Of a stretch of DNA of 64,000 nucleotides, positions 28,801-41,600 are shown one piece after another. Positions within the stretch are counted from its first letter, which is position 1; each line of letters opens with the position of its first letter. The stretch comes from Monocercomonoides exilis PA203. Its lineage: Eukaryota > Protista > Preaxostyla. The notes below the pieces were generated by a model, which saw only the letters and a program-made list of their open reading frames with translations, searched no databases and was not told the origin of the DNA. The position numbers and the translations under genes were made by a program. The DNA lies in contig LSRY02000054.1 in NCBI GenBank assembly GCA_001643675.2, positions 62,001 to 126,000 on the forward strand, read 5' to 3'.

Positions 28801-31800
28801 AACATTTGGAATGGTATCTGTGGCTGATGTTGTATTGTCTCCAACTTTGAGTGTGGTTGCTGTTGCACTCGAAGAAGAAGAAGAAGAAGCAGAAGCAGAA
28901 GAAGAAGATGATGATGATACAGCTGTTGAGGCTGTTGATATTGCCTTCTTCACTTTTGGTATGCTGTCACGATGTGTTGAGTGTGTGTGATGTTTTGTTG
29001 GACTTGTCAGATTGCTTTTCTCTTTCTTTTCATTTTGATTGGATTCTCCTGTTGTTTTATCTTTCTCTTTTTCTTTTTCCTTTTCTTTTGTTTTTCTTTT
29101 CTCTCTTTTCTTTCTTTCTGCTCTTCTTCTTTCTTTCTCCTTATCTTTCTCCTTCTCCTTCTCCTTTTCATTGATTCTTTCCTTTGCTTTTTCCTTTTCC
29201 CTCTCTTTAACCTTCTCCTTCTCTTTCTCTCTTTCTTTCTCTTTCTCTTTCTCTCTTCCTGTTTTGTGCATATTCAGTTCCTTCATCCTCCTTCTGCTGC
29301 CACGTGGATGCAATTGCAGTCTTGTCAGCTGTTTCTGCTTCGACTTCCTCGTCTTGTGATGGAGCAACCTCTGCTTCTTAATCTCTGCTGCTGACTCTTC
29401 AAACAGCTTCTGTCCTCTTTTGATTCTGGCTGCTCTGATGTCTTCACTCACATCCTCCATCCCAATGTTCTTTGTCGGAAATCTTGCTTCTCTGTTCTCA
29501 AAATACTCTGTTGTCACTTCATCTCCTTCGAATCCTGGCAGAAATACAGGCTCACAATCATAAACAGTCTCCCACTCAACTCCTGCAAAGAATGAATGTC
29601 TTTTAATCTCTTCTGCTCCATGGCTGCCAGGCACCATCTCATTCAGCTCATCTCCTTCCCCTTCTCCTTCTCCTCCACTTCTATTCCCATTCCCATTCAC
29701 CACATCATTCGAACCTAATCTCTTGTCTGGGTCCTTGTTGAGCAGACCAAGCAGCAGTTCAATTGCCTCGTCTGATGTCTCTTCGGGAAGTAGAGACAAA
29801 TCCACATCCTTCTTCAGAATGTTGTCAAATACCTGGTCTCGTGTTTCTGCATTGAATGGAGTGATTCCAGTGAGCATCTCATAGAAGATGATACCCACAG
29901 CCCACCAGTCCAATGCAAATGTCATTGCACTCTCTCCCATCGTGATCACTTCTGGTGCAATATAATCAGGTGTCCCTATGATATGTACTCCTGATGACTG
30001 CTTGTTATTCTCCTCTTGTTCTTGTGGCTGCTCTGTCACCTGTTCATTCTCTTCTTGTTCCTGTTGCATTTCATCTCCTTCAACCTCTTCATCTCCTTCA
30101 TTGTTGTCTATTGCTTCATTATTCTCTCCATTGAAAGATGCCTCTCCTTCAAATGCTTCTTGTTTCTCTTGTTGAATGTGTTGATCCTCTCCTTCATTTT
30201 GAATAAGATCTGATGGAATATCTTTTTCATTCAATAAGTTTTGTGAGTTGTGCAAAGAAGTATTTTCTGATTGAGGAATATTCGATAATTCAGCCGTATT
30301 CATCTGTTGTTCTATTATTCCTACTTCTCCTGTCTGAATGCTTGTCTGACTGTTATTCTCTTCAGATGTTTGTTGAACATTCAATTCATTTGTTCCATCT
30401 TCTTTCTCTTTTCCTTCAAAACCCAATAATGTTGTATTGTTATTGTTATTATTGTTATTCTCATCTGATTGTTTTGGTGTAGATGGCAATGAAGTCACCA
30501 CCCCCAACACACTTCCTTTGATTTCGACTGATTCATCCACACTTCCCAGTTCATTTGAAGAGAAAGCAAAAGAGATTGAATGTTTTCCTTGTTCTGTGCC
30601 ATTCCCAGTCTGATCCATTCCAATCAGCCCATTTGATGATGAAGTCAGATAAGTTGTGGGAGAAAGAGGAGGAAAGACTACAGAAGAGGCAGTTGTGTGT
30701 ATATGTGAAGAAAACACAGGAAATACATCAGAAACAGAAGATGCATCAGATATGAATGAAGATGTGGATGAAGATTCTTTTAAAAGGTTGACTGATTCTT
30801 GTCTCTCTAAAGTGTTCACACCTTCTTCTTCTTTGACAGAAACAGAAGGAGAAACAGAAGAGGAAGGAGAAGGGGTGGGAGAAGGAGAGGAAGAAGCAGA
30901 GGCAGAAGAAGAGGAAGAAAGAGATGATGGAATGTGAGGAGGAGTTGGATGATGAGGTGAGCGAGGGCTGTTTTGATTGCTGCTACGAGGTGTTGGAATG
31001 CCAGAGGAGTTGTGTGAATTGAAGGGTGAAACAGGAGGAAGTTGAGATGAAATGAAAAGAGAGTTGGAAGAGGAGTGAGATGGTGAATAACATGCAGAGG
31101 AAGAAGAAGATGATGATGACGATGATGAAGTGAAAGAAGAAGAAGAAGAAGAATTCAGAAATGTTACAGAAGAAGTTTCTGAAGAAGAAGGAGGAAATTG
31201 AAAAGTCTGTTCGTGTTTTGGTGAAGAGAAGAGATTTGGTACATTAGAAGACAAACCAGGTGGAGTGAGTGGATGGCGAGGAAGGCGCTGTGGCTGAGGG
31301 GCAGCTAATGAAGAGCTGGATGAATCTTTCACCATCTGCTGAGATGCCATGGAAGATGGAGTGATTCTGCTGAATGATCTACTCCTGTGCATTCTGAATG
31401 ACTCGTTCGATCCTCCTCCTCCTTCTTTGATATCTGCTCCAATCTTCCCCTTTCTCCTTTCTTTCATCATCAGCTCCTCTTCAAATCCTCTTCTGGAAAC
31501 ACTCTTCTGTCTGGGTGTCTGTGTCTGTGTGTGTGTGGGAGAGGATGATGAGATTGGGAGTGGGGCAGGTGTATTTCTTCTGGAGGTGGATCTTCTGCTG
31601 TGCTGGCCAGATGAGACAGCAGAGGAAGGAGACAGAGGATGAGGTGGAGACTGAGGAGAAGGCGGATCGAATGTGAATTCAACATAGTTTGGGGAGTTTA
31701 ATGATGCAATGGATGAAGAGAAGCCACCAAGTGAAGGAGTGATGATGGAGAGGATGGGCCTTTTCTTCATTCCTCCTGGCTTGTTCTGTGTGTTTGATGA

Positions 31801-34800
31801 GGAAAGAGCACCAGAAGAGGAAGGAGTGATGGAGAGAGAGGAAGGAGTGACCGAACCAAGTGCTGGAGAAGGAGAGCGAGAAGATCGCTTTGATGAAAAA
31901 GAATATGAATTGGAAGAAGAAGAAGAAGAAGAAGTTGAAGAAGAAGATGATGATGAAGTATTTGTAAATGATTGATTTGGTTGTTGTGATTGGAGCGTGG
32001 ATGTGGCTGTGGATGTGGATGAATTAGCAGTTGAAGCGGAAGAAGAAGATGAGGAAAATGATGAAGAGGAAGAAGTTGAAGTGGATGAATTATGAGCCAA
32101 AGGAGAAGGGCCAGGGGAGACAGAACGTGCCTGTTTGGGAGGGGAAGGGTTAGAGAGAAGTGGAGAAGACACATTCTGAGTGGAAGATGGGGGAGTGTGT
32201 GATGATCGCAGGGAAGAGACAGAAGAATGAGAACGTTTGAGAGAAGAAAGAGAAGAAGAGGATGAGATGGAAGAGAGGGATGAAGTGTTTGGCGTGTGAG
32301 AAGTGAAAGAGGAAGAAGAAGAAGAAGAAGAGGAGGAAGAGGAGGAGGAGGGGGGAATTGGAGGGAGAGGAGAAGAAGTGGATGAAGGGACAGAGAGATT
32401 AGAACTGGAATGGAAATGAAATGAATGAAGATGTGGTGAAGATGAAGCAGAAGAGGATGAAGATGATTGTTCAGAAGATGGAAAAGAGGAGGAGGAAGAA
32501 GAAGAAATTGGAAATTGAGAAGAAGGAGAAAGAGGGAGAGGAACAGGAGGGAGAGGAGCAGGAGCAGTGACAGATGCGCGTGAGTGAGAGAGAGGAGGAG
32601 TGGGAGAGTTGTGAGAGGAGGAGATGGAAGAGCGAGAAGGAGAATCACTCGAAGTAGGATGAAGTGGAGAGGGAGTTCTGATGGAAGAGGAAGGAGAAGA
32701 GGAAGGAGTGGGTGTGGATGAGAATGAAGAGGAGGAGGAGGAGGAAGAGGAAGAAGAGGAAGAAGAAGAAGATGGATTGTGACATGGTTGAAATGAAGTG
32801 GCTCTGATTGAAGGGGGAACATGAGGAAAGCAATAAGAGGTGGAAGAAGAGGAAGAGGAAGAGGAAGATGAAGATGAAGAGGAAGAAGAGGAAGAGGAAG
32901 AAGAAGAAGAAGAAGAAGAAGCATGTGATGTGGAGATGTGATAAAACCCTTCTCTTTCATCTTTGGCTGAAGGATGCACAATTTGAGGAGTGGATATAGT
33001 TGCTTTGACTGTGTTCTGTTGAGATGTATTGGAAGATTGATTATTCGAAGAAGAAGAAGAAGAAGAAGAAGAAGAATTAGAAGAATTAGAAGAAGAGAAG
33101 GAGGAAGAGGAAGAGGAAGATGATGAATTAGAAGATGAATTAGAAGAAGAAGAAGAACAGTTATTCATCAGAGGAGAGTGAGAAGGAGAGGTAGATGAAG
33201 AAGCGATGGTATCAAAGAATGCACCAGATGAGTAGTTGAAAGAAGAATACTGATGAAATGGAGTGGGAGCAAGGGGAGTGGTGAAGATGGTGGTTGGCTG
33301 GTATGTTGATGGCCTCATGTTGAGTGTGTCTTCTTTGTCTGACTCAAACATCGATGTGGATGAATTAACAGCAGTAGAAGAGGAAAGAGATGAAGAAGAG
33401 GAGGAAAGAGAAGAAGAGGAGGAGGAAGAGGAAGTTGAAGAAGAAGTTAAAGAAGAAGATGATGTAGCAGACTTCAATGGAAGAGAAACAGCCATCTGAT
33501 GTGAATGGAGTGTGCCATTCTCTTCTTCTTCTTCTTCTTCTTCTTCTTCTTCTTCTTCTTTTCTGTCAGAAAGTGCTGTGTGTGAATCAGATCTGAAAGT
33601 GTTATTTCTCTTCTTCTTGTCAAACTGGAGTGAGACACATGAACCAGAGTGATCAGTCGTGTCTTGTTCGATTGTCTGAACAGAGACAGCTGGAGATGGG
33701 AAGGCAGATGAAGGCTCAGATGACACAGCTGCGGATGATGTTAAGGGAGAGTGTGTTTTGGATGATGGAGTTAAAGTTGATGAAGAAGTGGAGGAAGAGG
33801 AAGAAGAAGATGATGATGATAACGAAGATGAAGATGCAGATGATGTAGTTGTTGCAAGTGTCTTAATGGTCATCACAGGAGATATCTTTGGAGTGGAAGG
33901 AGGAGTTGATGAAGGAGACGAAATAGTATCTTTCAGCCTGTTGTGTGAGTCAGAAGGTTTCAAAGAGTCCATTTTAGATGAAGAAACACTCTCCAACTGA
34001 TCATTTGCCTCAGATGTTGTCTGGTGGATGTCTGAATAAGAGTTAGATCTGCTTCTTGTCTGCTCAGAGACAAAAGAGGAGAGCGAATGAACTGATCCTG
34101 TGTGTGCATCAGATGTGACGGTGGCTGTGGAGTTCGATGGAGAAGAGGCAGAGAAAGAGAGAGAGAGAGGAAGATGAGGCACAGACATTGGAACCATCTT
34201 GTGTGTGTGTTCAGTGTCGAATGAGAATGCCATGTCTGAATGTTTGCTGAGCGGAATATGCTCAGGAACTGATGACTCACTCATTCGACGTGTGGTAACT
34301 TTGCTCTTTTTGTGGTGTTTTCTCAAATTTCTCTGGTTTGATCGCTTTTGATGGCTTCCTTTCTTGTCTTGTTTGGTTGAGCCTTCCTCATCTTCACCCT
34401 CATCCTCATATTCTTCTTCGTCGTCGTCGTCTTCGTCTTCTTCCTCCTCTTCCTCTTCCTCTTTGAATTCATCAACTGTCTCATTCTCTTCCTTCAATCG
34501 TTTGCTCTCATCATCATCTTCATCTGCCTCTTCTTCATTTTCTTCTTCATTCTCCTCATTCTCTTCTTGCACAGTGTGTGGACAGCTCTGTTGTGTGTCT
34601 GCAGATTCAGATAATGTTGACGATGTTGATGTTTCAGTCAGAGAGTGTTGCAGATGAAGTGATGAAGGAGGAATGAGTTGCTTGAAAGGAAGAGTTGCCT
34701 CAAATGGATGAGCAGATGAGTTACCAATTAAACAAGAATTGGCACTAGCTTCATCTCCTCCTACTTTAATTTGTGTCCGAACATCAGACAAAGAAGAAGA

Positions 34801-36924
34801 GGATGAATTGGCTAAAAGACTGTTTGGTGACTCCTTCTGAGGATTCGGAGCATCAACAGCAGAAGGAGAAGGAGAAGCAGCAGAAGAAGAGATAGACAGA
34901 CGAGAAGGTGAAGTGAATGAGTTTGGAGTGTTACCAGGAGAAGGCGAATGAGTGAGGGAGAGGGAGAAAGATGATTGAGTGACCAATTGAGATCGATTGG
35001 CTATTGGTGACTGAATGTGTGGCTGTTGGTTGGTTGAAGCAGGAGAGCCAGAAACAGAGTGATGAGAAGAAGAAGAAGAGGAAGAGGAAGGAGAATGAGA
35101 GGGAGTGGATGAGTTCTGGAGGACAGAAGAGAGAGAAGCCAAAGAGGAAGCAGGATGTGGTGTGTGTGAGCGAGGGGATGAGGCAGGAGAGCTTAGAGGA
35201 GAAGAAGAGGATGAAGTGTTTGGCTGTTTGACAGGCAGATTCTCAAAGGAAGGAGGAGTCATCGAAGGCGAAGGAGAAAGAGAAGAGCGGATGAAGTTGA
35301 GGACAGGAGAATCGAAGTGCCTGAAGGAGGAGCGAGGTTGATGGTGAATGCGGTTGGCAGAGGAAGGAGAAGGAGAAGGCGAAGGAGAAGGCATCCGATG
35401 AGAAGAAGAACTGATTGGTGTGTGGTGACGAGATGTTGAGTCTTTGTTCTCTTTGTCCTTCTCCTTCTCTGATCCTCTTTCTCTCTCTCTCTCAATTGAT
35501 CTGTTGCTCTCACGTGAAGTTGAAGATGGATGCGTATGTGATGCACAGGTCTCTGAATCATTCACAGATGACTCTAATTCATTCATCAGCTCCCTGTGCT
35601 TCTTCACCGTTGTTGGAGATAGAAGGCCACGTGAAAGGTTGTCACATCCTGCTTGGCTGGACTCTTCGCCATCTGTTGTGTTCACTTCAGCATCTGTTCT
35701 GTTCTCCACTCCATTTTCTCTCTCGTTGCTGGGCATTCGCTGTTCTTCTCCTTCTGAATAGCTCCCTTCATCCATCTCCATGTCTGTCTCTGGATAGGCC
35801 TCCTCTTCTTCCTGCTCGCCATGCACATTCTTCCAAAATGCAGGCACAGACAATCCAAAGTCAGTCAGCCTCAGATGCCCATCTTCGCCAATCAAGATGT
35901 TATCTGGCTTTAAATCACAGTGGATGATGGCGTGCCGGTGGAGGAAGTCAACAGCAAGCACTATTTCTGCCAAGTATTGTTTGGCCACGTGCTCTTCAAA
36001 GCATCCAAATGACACAAGAAGTGAGAACAGATCCCCTCCTGGCTGAAATTCACTTACAAGATAAAAATTCTCTTTTGTCTGAAATGAACAGGCCAAAGGT
36101 ACAATGAAATCGGTTCTGACTTCTCGTTCTTCTTTAACATCTTCTTCATCTTCTCCGTCTTGTAATCTTTTTGTTTTGCTCCCATCTAAAGTCCGCGCCT
36201 CAACGGATAATGACGCCAAAATTTCATATTCCAATATTAGACGCTTTTGAACTTTAGCTTCGGTCATGGAAGAACGCTTAAGCACCTTCATGGCATAAAG
36301 CCTGGTTTTCTTCTTTTTGATTATTTCTTCTTTCGCTTTCTCCTTTTCTTTTTCTTTCGTTTTGCTAAATAATCCTTTATTAGATTCTCTTTGCGACGTC
36401 CATCTTTGAAGTTGCCTGGCGGGTCTCACCAATAAAACACGCCCATACGCGCCAGCGGTAATTGGTTTTATAATTTCAAAATCGGCAAGCGTAAAAATTG
36501 GAGGAGGAGGAAGCGGAGGAGGTGGTTTTTTAGCTTCAACGCCTGGTGAATGTGAAGGTGAAGTATTTTGGCTCGTTACAGGTTGGGGAGATGATGACGG
36601 TGATGGAGAAGTATTTTCTTTTGCTTTTTCTTGTTTTTTAGTATTTTCCTCATTATCAGAAGATTTCTCAAGTTGATCATCTCTTTCTTCGAGTTGAGGT
36701 GGAGAAAACTTCTTTTCTCCACGTTGAAGAGAATCTTCATTTCCATTAGTTCTGTGAAGATTTTTGAAAAGCAAATTTAATTTTCATTAAATATGAAAAG
36801 TTAACATGGGTGAAATAAAATAATTTCTTAAATCATCATAAAGACAAAGATAATTTTCATACGATTCGCTAGGAGTGAGTTCATAATTAATTTTCTCACC
36901 CTCAAGCTTTGTAAGCTGGCTCAT
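7867..36924 (-). CDS. Giant Greatwall/MASTL/Rim15-type AGC Ser/Thr kinase (~9,648 aa); join(36924..36863, 36751..7867)
   Basis: N-part: DFEIIKPITAGAYGRV, YAMKV, EFQPGGDLFSLL, HCDLKPDNILI, LTDFGLS (~36490-35848). C-part: IIGTPDYIAPE, DWWAVGIIFYEMLTGITPF, DPDKRLG and an AGC tail ...TTEYFENRE (~29980-29490). The frame is stop-free for 28.9 kb and ends in TGA. The ATG is supplied by a predicted upstream exon. Confidence 0.9.
21569..21670. repeat. Pure (GAA)34 microsatellite encoding poly-Ser (TCT) in the giant kinase
   Basis: Uninterrupted 102-nt GAA run. Confidence 0.95.
36752..36862 (-). other. Predicted 111-nt spliceosomal intron (phase 2)
   Basis: The minus strand reads GAA TC|GTATGA...TCTTCACAG|A ACT AAT GGA. 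Splicing joins MSQLTKLEGEKINYELTPSES in frame to TNGNEDSLQ. The intron is AT-rich, and the long ORF has no in-frame ATG before kinase subdomain II. Confidence 0.8.
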
Positions 36925-37205
36925 TTGAACAAATAAAGAACTCTCCCCAAAAAATTATGTGTGATCTTTGTTCCGTAATAAGTAAATAAGTTTTGAGTTC
37001 GTTCAATTACAAAATAACGAAAAACAAATGTTTATTAAAAATTCTATTCCATTCATTTATGTATTGAAAATTGAAATAATTTTATCAATTGTCCAGTTTT
37101 GAGAAAATTGAAAAAAATGAAATAAAATTGGGTAATTTTCGATCGGTTTTTATTGTTGTAAAATCCTGTTTTCCCAAAAGCCGATTGCCATACGGCCCCC
37201 AAAAA
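36925..37205. promoter_or_regulatory. Putative bidirectional promoter between the two kinase genes
   Basis: 281 bp of AT-rich sequence between divergent ATGs at 36924(-) and 37206(+). Inferred from geometry only. Confidence 0.55.
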
Positions 37206-38663
37206 ATGGAACAGTATACAAGAGATCGCATGATAGGGCGTGGCAATTATGGATGCGCTTGGCTTGTACATCGGAAATCTGACAATGCACCATTTGTTCT
37301 GAAGGAAATTCCTTTGCATGGCTTGTCTGAAAAAGAAAAAGCAGATACAAAAAATGAAGTTGCAATTCTATCGAGTGTATCACATCCGAATATTGTGAAA
37401 ATGCACGAAAATTTCATTTCCAAAGGAGCTCTTTGTATTATTATGGATTATTGCGATGGAGGTGACTTAAATACCGTTATTAAAGCAATGAAAGGAAGAC
37501 CAATTAGCGAAAGGCAAATTTTGGATTGGTTTTTGCAATTGTGTTTGGCGGTCAAGCATTTACATGAGAGAAATATCATTCATAGAGATCTGAAATCTCA
37601 AAATGTGTTTTTGACTCACAAGCGCAGGGTTGTCAAGTTGGGTGATTTTGGAATTGCTAAATTGCTTGGCAGTAAAACAAAATTTACCCACACGTCCGTT
37701 GGAACTCCGTATTATTTGTCTCCTGAGATATGTGAAGATGGAGGTTACAATGCAAAAGCAGATATTTGGTCACTTGGTTGTCTCCTTTACGAAATGGCGA
37801 CTCAACAGCATCCATTTGATGGACAAAGCCTTCCTTCTTTGATGATGAAAATAGTTAAAGCACAATATAAGCCTCTTCCAAATGATCTTTATTCACCATC
37901 TTTACAAAGTTTGGTTGCACTAATGCTTCAGAAAAACCCAAATGATCGCCCCACAATTCAGCAAATTATCAAACTTCCAATAATTCAAAAACGAATTCAG
38001 ATTTTGCTTTCACCTGAAATTGTGAAGGTGGAGAACAGAAAAATGCCTCAACGTTCAAGTTCGTCTTCATCTTCAACTGAAAGAACTTCTTCTCATTCTG
38101 ACGAAAAGAAACCAAGCGAAAAATCAACAAATGATGATGAATTGCCCCCTCTTCTTGCTTCAGATACGTCTCCGCCACAGAAAGACAAGCTGAAATCTGC
38201 TCAACATTCAAGTGTTTCTTCAACCTCATCATCATCATCAGCTTCTTCTTCTTCTTCTTCTTCTGCTTCTTCAACTTTTCAAGCACGCAACTTTGTGTCA
38301 GCTTCTGATGATATGCCTCATCGACGACTGGAAGAGCTGAGACAGCTGAGGAAAGAACAAAAATTGAGAGAAAAAGGGTTGATTGAGCATGACAATATGA
38401 ATGGAATTAATGAAGGTGAGAGAAAGAAGAAAGAGCAAACAAAAGGAAGAGCTGTTTCTGCTTCTCCAATGAGATTGGTTATAACTTCAAAGGAAACATC
38501 ATCATCATCTACACCTTCCTCTCCTTCTTCTCCTTCTTCTCATCCTCTTTCTTTTCCTGCTGAAATATCAACACCAACTGGAACATCAAAAGCGTTACAG
38601 AAATCTTTATCACCTCCACCAAGAATAAGACAAAATTCTTCATCTTCTTCTTCCTCTTCCTCT

Positions 38664-38695
<32 letters not shown>

Positions 38696-41600
38696 AACTT
38701 TTTCAAAAGTGACACATCGCAGACAATCTTCAGCCACATCACGGCCAGTTGGATTCATTTCACTTGTTGACGTTGAAACTACTCCAGTTAAACATCAGCC
38801 ATCAAGAAGACCTTCAACTGCTGCTCCATCCACATCTTCTGTTTCATCTGCTATCACATCAACTTCCTCCTCCTCTTCCTCCTCCTCCTCCTCTTCCTCT
38901 TCCTCTTCTTCACATCAGCCAACATACAGTTCAAGATATGCAAGAAGATTAGGAATAACCCCATCTTCTTCATCTTCTTCCATTAGTTCAACACCTTCAT
39001 CCCCATCAACATCTATCTTATGCTCCCCAACTGTTCAATCATCTCATCATCCAATTTCTGTCTCCACGTCAATCTCTTCATCTTCATCTTCATCCTCCTC
39101 TTCATCCTCATCCACTTCATCCTCCTCTTTTCTCTCCACTCCTCTTTCTTCTCCTCAGCAGGGCCATTACAACCCTTCTTCCCTTAGACGCAACAAGAAG
39201 CAGACAAGAATAGCAGTCTCCATTGTAGATGATTTAGACACAGATGATGTGAATGATGTGGAGATAGTCACGCCAACAGGAGAGGAGGAAGGGAGAGTGC
39301 TGTTGAAGGATCCATTTGATACACTCACAGCAGATGACACAAAAGAGGAGAAGATTTCATCAATAAACAAGCAAAGTTCTGATGGAATTTCTTCTGTTCC
39401 GTCTGAGAATGAAATGAAAGAGGAGAGAAAGAAGGAGGAAGAGATGATGAGTGAAGAGGAACTGTTTCTGAGAGATGAAAGTTTGGAGAGGATTATCAGA
39501 GAAAGACTGAGTCTTCTTTCTATTGGGCAGAAGAAGAAAGAAGGGGAAGGAAAAATGAATGTCATAAATGCTGATTATGATGCAAAAGAGAAAGAAGAGG
39601 AAGAAGTTGATGGAAGTTTAATGAAACAGAAAAGCAGTGAAATAGATGCATGGGAGAGTGATGAGAAGGAAATGGAAAGCTTATTAATCAAAAGACAAAA
39701 GAAAGAAGAAAAAAATTTTGATGGAAATGACTTGTCAAAAGTTCAATTGATCAAAATTGACTTGAATGAAGATAAAGAAGATATGGATGAAAGTTGCATA
39801 CAAAGTGAAGAAGATGCACAAAATGATAAAGGAACAGATGATTTTATTGAATTATCTGCAGAAGAAGAGAAAAAGAATGAAGAAAATAACATATTCTTCA
39901 AAGGAGATATGGATGATGATAGTTTCTGTTTGGTTTCAAATGAAGTGATTGAAGAAGACATTGAAGAGATTGAAGGATTGAGTGAAAGAGATGGGAATGG
40001 CAATGATGATGATGATGATGGTGATGATGAAGACGAAAACAATGAAGACGAAGAAGAAGGCGAGCATACCTCATTAAGCGATATTGAGAACAAAGAGAGA
40101 AAAGAAAGGAAAGAAGGGAAAGAAGGGAAAGAAGAGAGATCACAAGAAGCATTTATAGAAGACTCAGCAGAGATGAATGACACAGAAGCTGTGTTTGATG
40201 ATGGTATTCAAACAGAACTAGAGGCAGTTGTTGAAGAAGAGGAAGAGGGAAGAGGAGGAGGAGACGAAAATGATGAAGATACAAAGGAAACAAAGAGATT
40301 GCTAGCCACAATAAAAGAGGTGTATGAAGAGATGATCAATGAGAGAGAGAAGAAGAAGAAAGAAGAAGAAGACAGAAAGAAACGAGGAATACGCCAAACT
40401 TCAGCCAGACACACGTATTTCAATCCATCCAAACACAAATCAACAAAATACACTCGTTTTATGAGCAATGAACAAGAGTCATCCAATCAAAAACCCACTC
40501 CATATGCACCTTCATCATCTGCCTTGTCTGACAGCAGACAAGGAAACACTCGTTCATCTTCTGTTCTCTCTCCCTCAAACAGTTCAAATGCCTTTGTGAG
40601 TGTCAGTTCATTGCATCACCCGCAAAGAAGCCAGCCTCATCCGAATTCTTGTCATGCTCCTTCATTCCGGTCAGACAAAACACGCAATGCAGACATACAC
40701 TCTCTCTTTGACACAAAAAGAAGGAGAGATTCTTCGATATTCTCTTCTGCTGGAGACAAAATCAGTTGTAGCAGTAACAGCTGCAGACCTTCCTCTTCTC
40801 ATCTCTCCCAAAGGAGTGTGTCGTCAACTGGAATTGGACAGGCACCTTCTGTCAGACCTTCTTCTAAACGATCAAGTTCTTCCACTTCGCCTTCTTCCTC
40901 TTCTTCTTCGAATTCTTCATCATCATCATCTTCTTCTTCTTCTTCTGTTAATAAATACAAACCTGTCAGACAGAGAATGTCACATTGGGATGTTCCTCCA
41001 CGAAAGAGAGTGAAGACTCAATCAGAAAATATACCATCTTCTTCTTCCTCTTCCTCTTCCTCTTCCTCTTCCTCTTCCTCTTCTTCTAATTCCAACAACC
41101 CAAATAAAGAAGTTGTTAAGCGTCGATCTGTCACACCCACATCATCCACACTGCAACATGACAAAGCAGCAGAAAGAAGACTTTCCATTCAAAAAAAGAG
41201 AGAAGAGAAAGAAAAACTGGAAAAGAGGAAGAAAGAGGCAAAGGAGCATTCACAACAGTTTCGAGAGAAGCTGATGAATGCGAAGTCGCGTCTGTCGTTG
41301 AGGAATATGATTCCGTTTGAGTGGATGAAGAAAGAAGGAGAAGAAGGGTGGGAGAGAGGGAAGAGCGAGTCGAATGACAATTCATCAGAGAATGAAGAGG
41401 GAAAAGAGAAGACAAAAGATAAAAGAGAGGAGTTTGTCATCACATTTGTGGGTGATAAGGCAGAAGTCGAAGATTTCAATAAAAACGGAACAGACAATGC
41501 TGAAAATACAGAAACTGAGAAAGAATCAGCAAAACAAGAAAGCGAAACAGAAAAAGAAGGAAAAGAAGGAAAAGAACAGGAAATACAAGAAAAGGATTCT

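Noticed and set aside
37089-37205. ORF-track N-terminal extension of the NEK kinase
   Set aside because: It has a TTG start. The ATG at 37206 gives the typical ME.Y start directly before subdomain I.
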